Shown here: piece by piece, positions 60,915 through 64,000 of the stretch | How positions within the stretch are numbered: position 1 is the stretch's first letter | Layout of the letters: the number at the start of each line of letters is the position of its first letter | DNA from: Nitrospirales bacterium | GTDB lineage: Bacteria > Nitrospirota > Nitrospiria > Nitrospirales > UBA8639 | Assembly: GCA_963555755.3 (NCBI GenBank) | Contig: OY820905.2 | Span: forward strand, 1,952,001-2,016,000 | DNA length: 64,000 nt | Direction: 5' to 3' | Notes under the pieces: generated by a model | Seen by the model: only the letters and a program-made list of their open reading frames with translations | Told to the model about the DNA's origin: nothing | Databases searched by the model: none | Position numbers and translations under genes: made by a program

Positions 60915-62735
60915 TCAGGAAATTTGTGCAGCCTCCTGAACAATTGTCCCCGAATTGATGATCTGGTCAATTTCTAACGAATCCAATACTTCCTTTTCCA
61001 ACAACGCTTCGGCCAGAGCCCTCAAGGTATGGATATGTTCCGTCAACACACGCTTCGTACGATCATAGGATTCCACAATAAGCCGTTTAATTTCATAGTC
61101 AATCTCTAAAGCCATTTGATCACTGATATCATGGCGTTGACTGAGTTCCCGACCAAGGAAGACTTCCGCCTCTTTTTTCCCAAAGGTGACGGGGCCGAGC
61201 TTGGCACTCATACCCCATTCACACACCATTTTTCTGGCCAAATCGGTGGCCCGTTCAATATCGTTTCCTGCTCCTGTGGTCACATCCTTAAACACCAATT
61301 CCTCAGCCACTCGCCCGCCTAACAAAATCGACAGGGTGTTATATAAAAATTCTTGCGAATAACTGTGCCGATCATCCGTCGGCAACTGCATGGTCATTCC
61401 CATCGCCCGACCACGCGGGATGATCGTCACCTTATGAACAGGGTCAGTGCCCGGCAACAATTTCGCCATGAGGGCATGACCAGCCTCATGATACGCCGTC
61501 GTTCGCTTTTCTTCTTCGCTGAGCACTAAACTCTTGCGTTCCACCCCCATCATGACTTTATCTTTAGCATTTTCGAAATCGACCAATTCCACAACCTTCT
61601 TATTCAGTCGAGCCGCCCACAAGGCAGCCTCGTTGACGAGGTTTTCCAAATCCGCTCCGGAAAAGCCAGGCGTTCCTCTACCAATTTGCTCAAGATTGAC
61701 ATCTGTCGCGATAGGCACCTTCTTGGTGTGGACTTTCAATATTTCAACTCGCCCCTTGATATCGGGACGATTCACGATAACCTGCCGATCAAACCGCCCT
61801 GGACGTAGTAACGCAGGATCCAAAACATCAGGACGGTTTGTCGCTGCGACAAGAATCACACCTTCCGTCGTATCAAAACCATCCATTTCCACAAGCAGTT
61901 GGTTCAGCGTTTGTTCCCGCTCATCGTGCCCACCGCCCAGTCCAGCTCCACGCAAACGGCCAACCGCATCGATTTCATCGATGAAAATGATACAGGGAGC
62001 GTGTTTTCTCCCTTGTTCAAACAAGTCACGAACCCGAGAGGCACCAACACCCACAAACATTTCAACGAAGTCAGATCCGCTGATGAAAAAAAATGGGACC
62101 GCGGCCTCACCTGCAATAGCTTTGGCCAAGAGTGTTTTCCCAGTCCCTGGGGGGCCGATGATAAGAACACCTTTAGGAATGCGTCCCCCAAGTTTCTGAA
62201 ACTTTTGCGGATCCTTTAAAAAATCTATAATTTCAACGACCTCATCTTTCGCCTCGTCTATACCAGCCACATCGGCAAACGTGATTTTCTTTTTATCTTC
62301 CGTCAGCATTCTGGCACGACTTTTCCCAAACGACATTGCGCGATTACCACCCATTTGCATTTGTCGCATCAAAAAGAACCACAGCCCCAGGAATAGAATA
62401 AATGGTCCCCAAGTGACCAGGAACGTGATATACCAGGGGCTATCAACCGGTGGTTTGGCTTCTATTTGCACACCTTTTTCCCTGAGGGCTTTCACCAGAT
62501 CGGGATATTCAACCGTAAAGGTGTTAATCCGTGTCCCATCTTTCAACACAGCACTAATTTGATTATCTTTCATGGTCACCTTGGAAATTTCACCACGTTC
62601 CAGGTGCAACATGAATTCGCTAAAAATAACTGGTTCTTCAGGAGAATTGGATGGGACTGTAAACAAATTGAACAAGAGAATCATAAACAGGCCAACAACC
62701 ACCCAAAACAGTAAATTCTTTACTCGAGAATTCAT
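60915..62735 (-). CDS. ftsH: ATP-dependent zinc metalloprotease FtsH
   Basis: [27 protein letters not shown]. Confidence 0.98.
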   Translation of the reverse strand: MNSRVKNLLFWVVVGLFMILLFNLFTVPSNSPEEPVIFSEFMLHLERGEISKVTMKDNQISAVLKDGTRINTFTVEYPDLVKALREKGVQIEAKPPVDSPWYITFLVTWGPFILFLGLWFFLMRQMQMGGNRAMSFGKSRARMLTEDKKKITFADVAGIDEAKDEVVEIIDFLKDPQKFQKLGGRIPKGVLIIGPPGTGKTLLAKAIAGEAAVPFFFISGSDFVEMFVGVGASRVRDLFEQGRKHAPCIIFIDEIDAVGRLRGAGLGGGHDEREQTLNQLLVEMDGFDTTEGVILVAATNRPDVLDPALLRPGRFDRQVIVNRPDIKGRVEILKVHTKKVPIATDVNLEQIGRGTPGFSGADLENLVNEAALWAARLNKKVVELVDFENAKDKVMMGVERKSLVLSEEEKRTTAYHEAGHALMAKLLPGTDPVHKVTIIPRGRAMGMTMQLPTDDRHSYSQEFLYNTLSILLGGRVAEELVFKDVTTGAGNDIERATDLARKMVCEWGMSAKLGPVTFGKKEAEVFLGRELSQRHDISDQMALEIDYEIKRLIVESYDRTKRVLTEHIHTLRALAEALLEKEVLDSLEIDQIINSGTIVQEAAQIS

Positions 62736-63001
62736 TCGAGTTCTCTTCCTCCTAGACTATAATTTCTCTGTAGATGTGGATCGTGAATAATCATTAACAA
62801 CAACGAGATAATCTCACGAATACTACCATGGGTCTTGATTCTATGACAACCAAATCCCCTCTAGTTTTTTTAGAAGCTCGTTCATTATCCAGTTTCCCAT
62901 GACTCAACCCATTGAATTTCCAGTCGATTCCTGGCTGTTTCAAAATTTTTCAGGCGGAGAACTGTGTGGTGGTAGTGAGGAAGGGGGTGCCAAAATAGTG
63001 C

Positions 63002-64000
63002 CTACAATAGAGAGGGGGTAGGGAATTCAGAACCTAACTTCAGCGCAATAAATCTTCTGGTGTCCGTCATCACGCGGAATCGATGATCCGGTCGAAAACC
63101 AGCAACCCATACAATGCCCTCTGGAGCCACGACTAAGGGCACCTCAGAACGCCTCGTTCGGCTCAGTTTGATGTCAGAGAAAAAATCCTGAATTTTTTTC
63201 TTTTGACCATTCATCCCCAAGGGATAAAATGAGTCGCCTGATTTCCACTGACGAATCACAAGATCATGGGTAAAATGATCCGCATCGAGATACACGCAGG
63301 ATGGGTCATTTTTCCAGTTATCGGGGAGACGGTCTACCAGACAAGCCTCAAGAGTTTGACCCGTGAACGGCCAGGATAACAACCCAGGTACGGATAACGG
63401 AAGGATCGGATGAGATGGTGGCAAATGAAACGGTGTCTCGCCTTCCACCGCGCACACATGAACCTCTTTATAATCGCGACGGACTCGGATGCCATGGGAT
63501 TGAATCACGCGACCCGAAGTACTTCGATTCACTACATCCAAAATTGCTTCCACACAATCAAACGGTGGATGAACATTTGTCCGGGTCACCTGCCGGTAGA
63601 GCAATAACACCACTCTTCGCTGAATTGACCGCGGGAGTCCGGACAACGTGACCTGATTCAACACCACCCTATCGACATCAGCCTTGAGCATGACCGATGC
63701 CAGAGCTTGTGACGCTACCCGGTCAAGATATTCGGATTCCTCACGAAGAATGTTGGCCTGACGTGATAACACTTGAACAATTTTGGGATTGAATTGTTTC
63801 AGAACAGGCATCAACTCCTGACGGATACGATTACGCCTGTATTGAGGACTCGCATTACTCGAATCGATACGAAAAGACCATTGGTTCTTTTTGAGGTAGG
63901 CTACAATCTCAACACGCAATACTCCTAACAACGGTCGAATGAAGTAGGGAGCTCGAAAAGCAGGCATGCCTGATAATCCAACCGACCCAGCTCCCCTGAG
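63002..64000 (-). CDS. tilS: tRNA(Ile)-lysidine synthetase, 3' part (5' end beyond window)
   Basis: IRPLL, DSSN..YRRNRIR, GDSFYPLGMNG.KKIQDFF, IVWVAG; upstream of ftsH. Confidence 0.93.
   Translation of the reverse strand, partial: LRGAGSVGLSGMPAFRAPYFIRPLLGVLRVEIVAYLKKNQWSFRIDSSNASPQYRRNRIRQELMPVLKQFNPKIVQVLSRQANILREESEYLDRVASQALASVMLKADVDRVVLNQVTLSGLPRSIQRRVVLLLYRQVTRTNVHPPFDCVEAILDVVNRSTSGRVIQSHGIRVRRDYKEVHVCAVEGETPFHLPPSHPILPLSVPGLLSWPFTGQTLEACLVDRLPDNWKNDPSCVYLDADHFTHDLVIRQWKSGDSFYPLGMNGQKKKIQDFFSDIKLSRTRRSEVPLVVAPEGIVWVAGFRPDHRFRVMTDTRRFIALKLGSEFPTPSLL

Noticed and set aside
62736..63001. Missing hpt between tilS and ftsH
   Set aside because: No hpt remnant seen; variation in this gene order is common

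Overview
Bacterial chromosomal window, most consistent with a Nitrospirales-like organism (inferred from protein similarity to recalled families; no search run). The left end holds a phosphonate/sulfonate head-group operon and the right end the housekeeping block tilS-ftsH-folP-glmM-comEC. Between them lies an accessory-rich region. It contains three complete IS elements, four type II toxin-antitoxin pairs, a HEPN gene, integron-cassette (attC) remnants, a redox/metal cluster with two tandem six-Cys bufferin-like precursors, a partial gene duplication, and more than 20 nested MITE/REP-like repeats. Main highlights: (1) an IS110 element whose bridge RNA guides, CT core, circle-junction promoter and an empty copy of its target can all be read from the sequence; (2) the same DUF4338 (DruA-like) domain fused to two unrelated transposases (IS4 and ISAs1), the ISAs1 one split at an A-AAA-AAG -1 frameshift site; (3) several MITE families sharing an ERIC-like core and a positionally conserved end motif. 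No CRISPR array, rRNA or tRNA was recognised.
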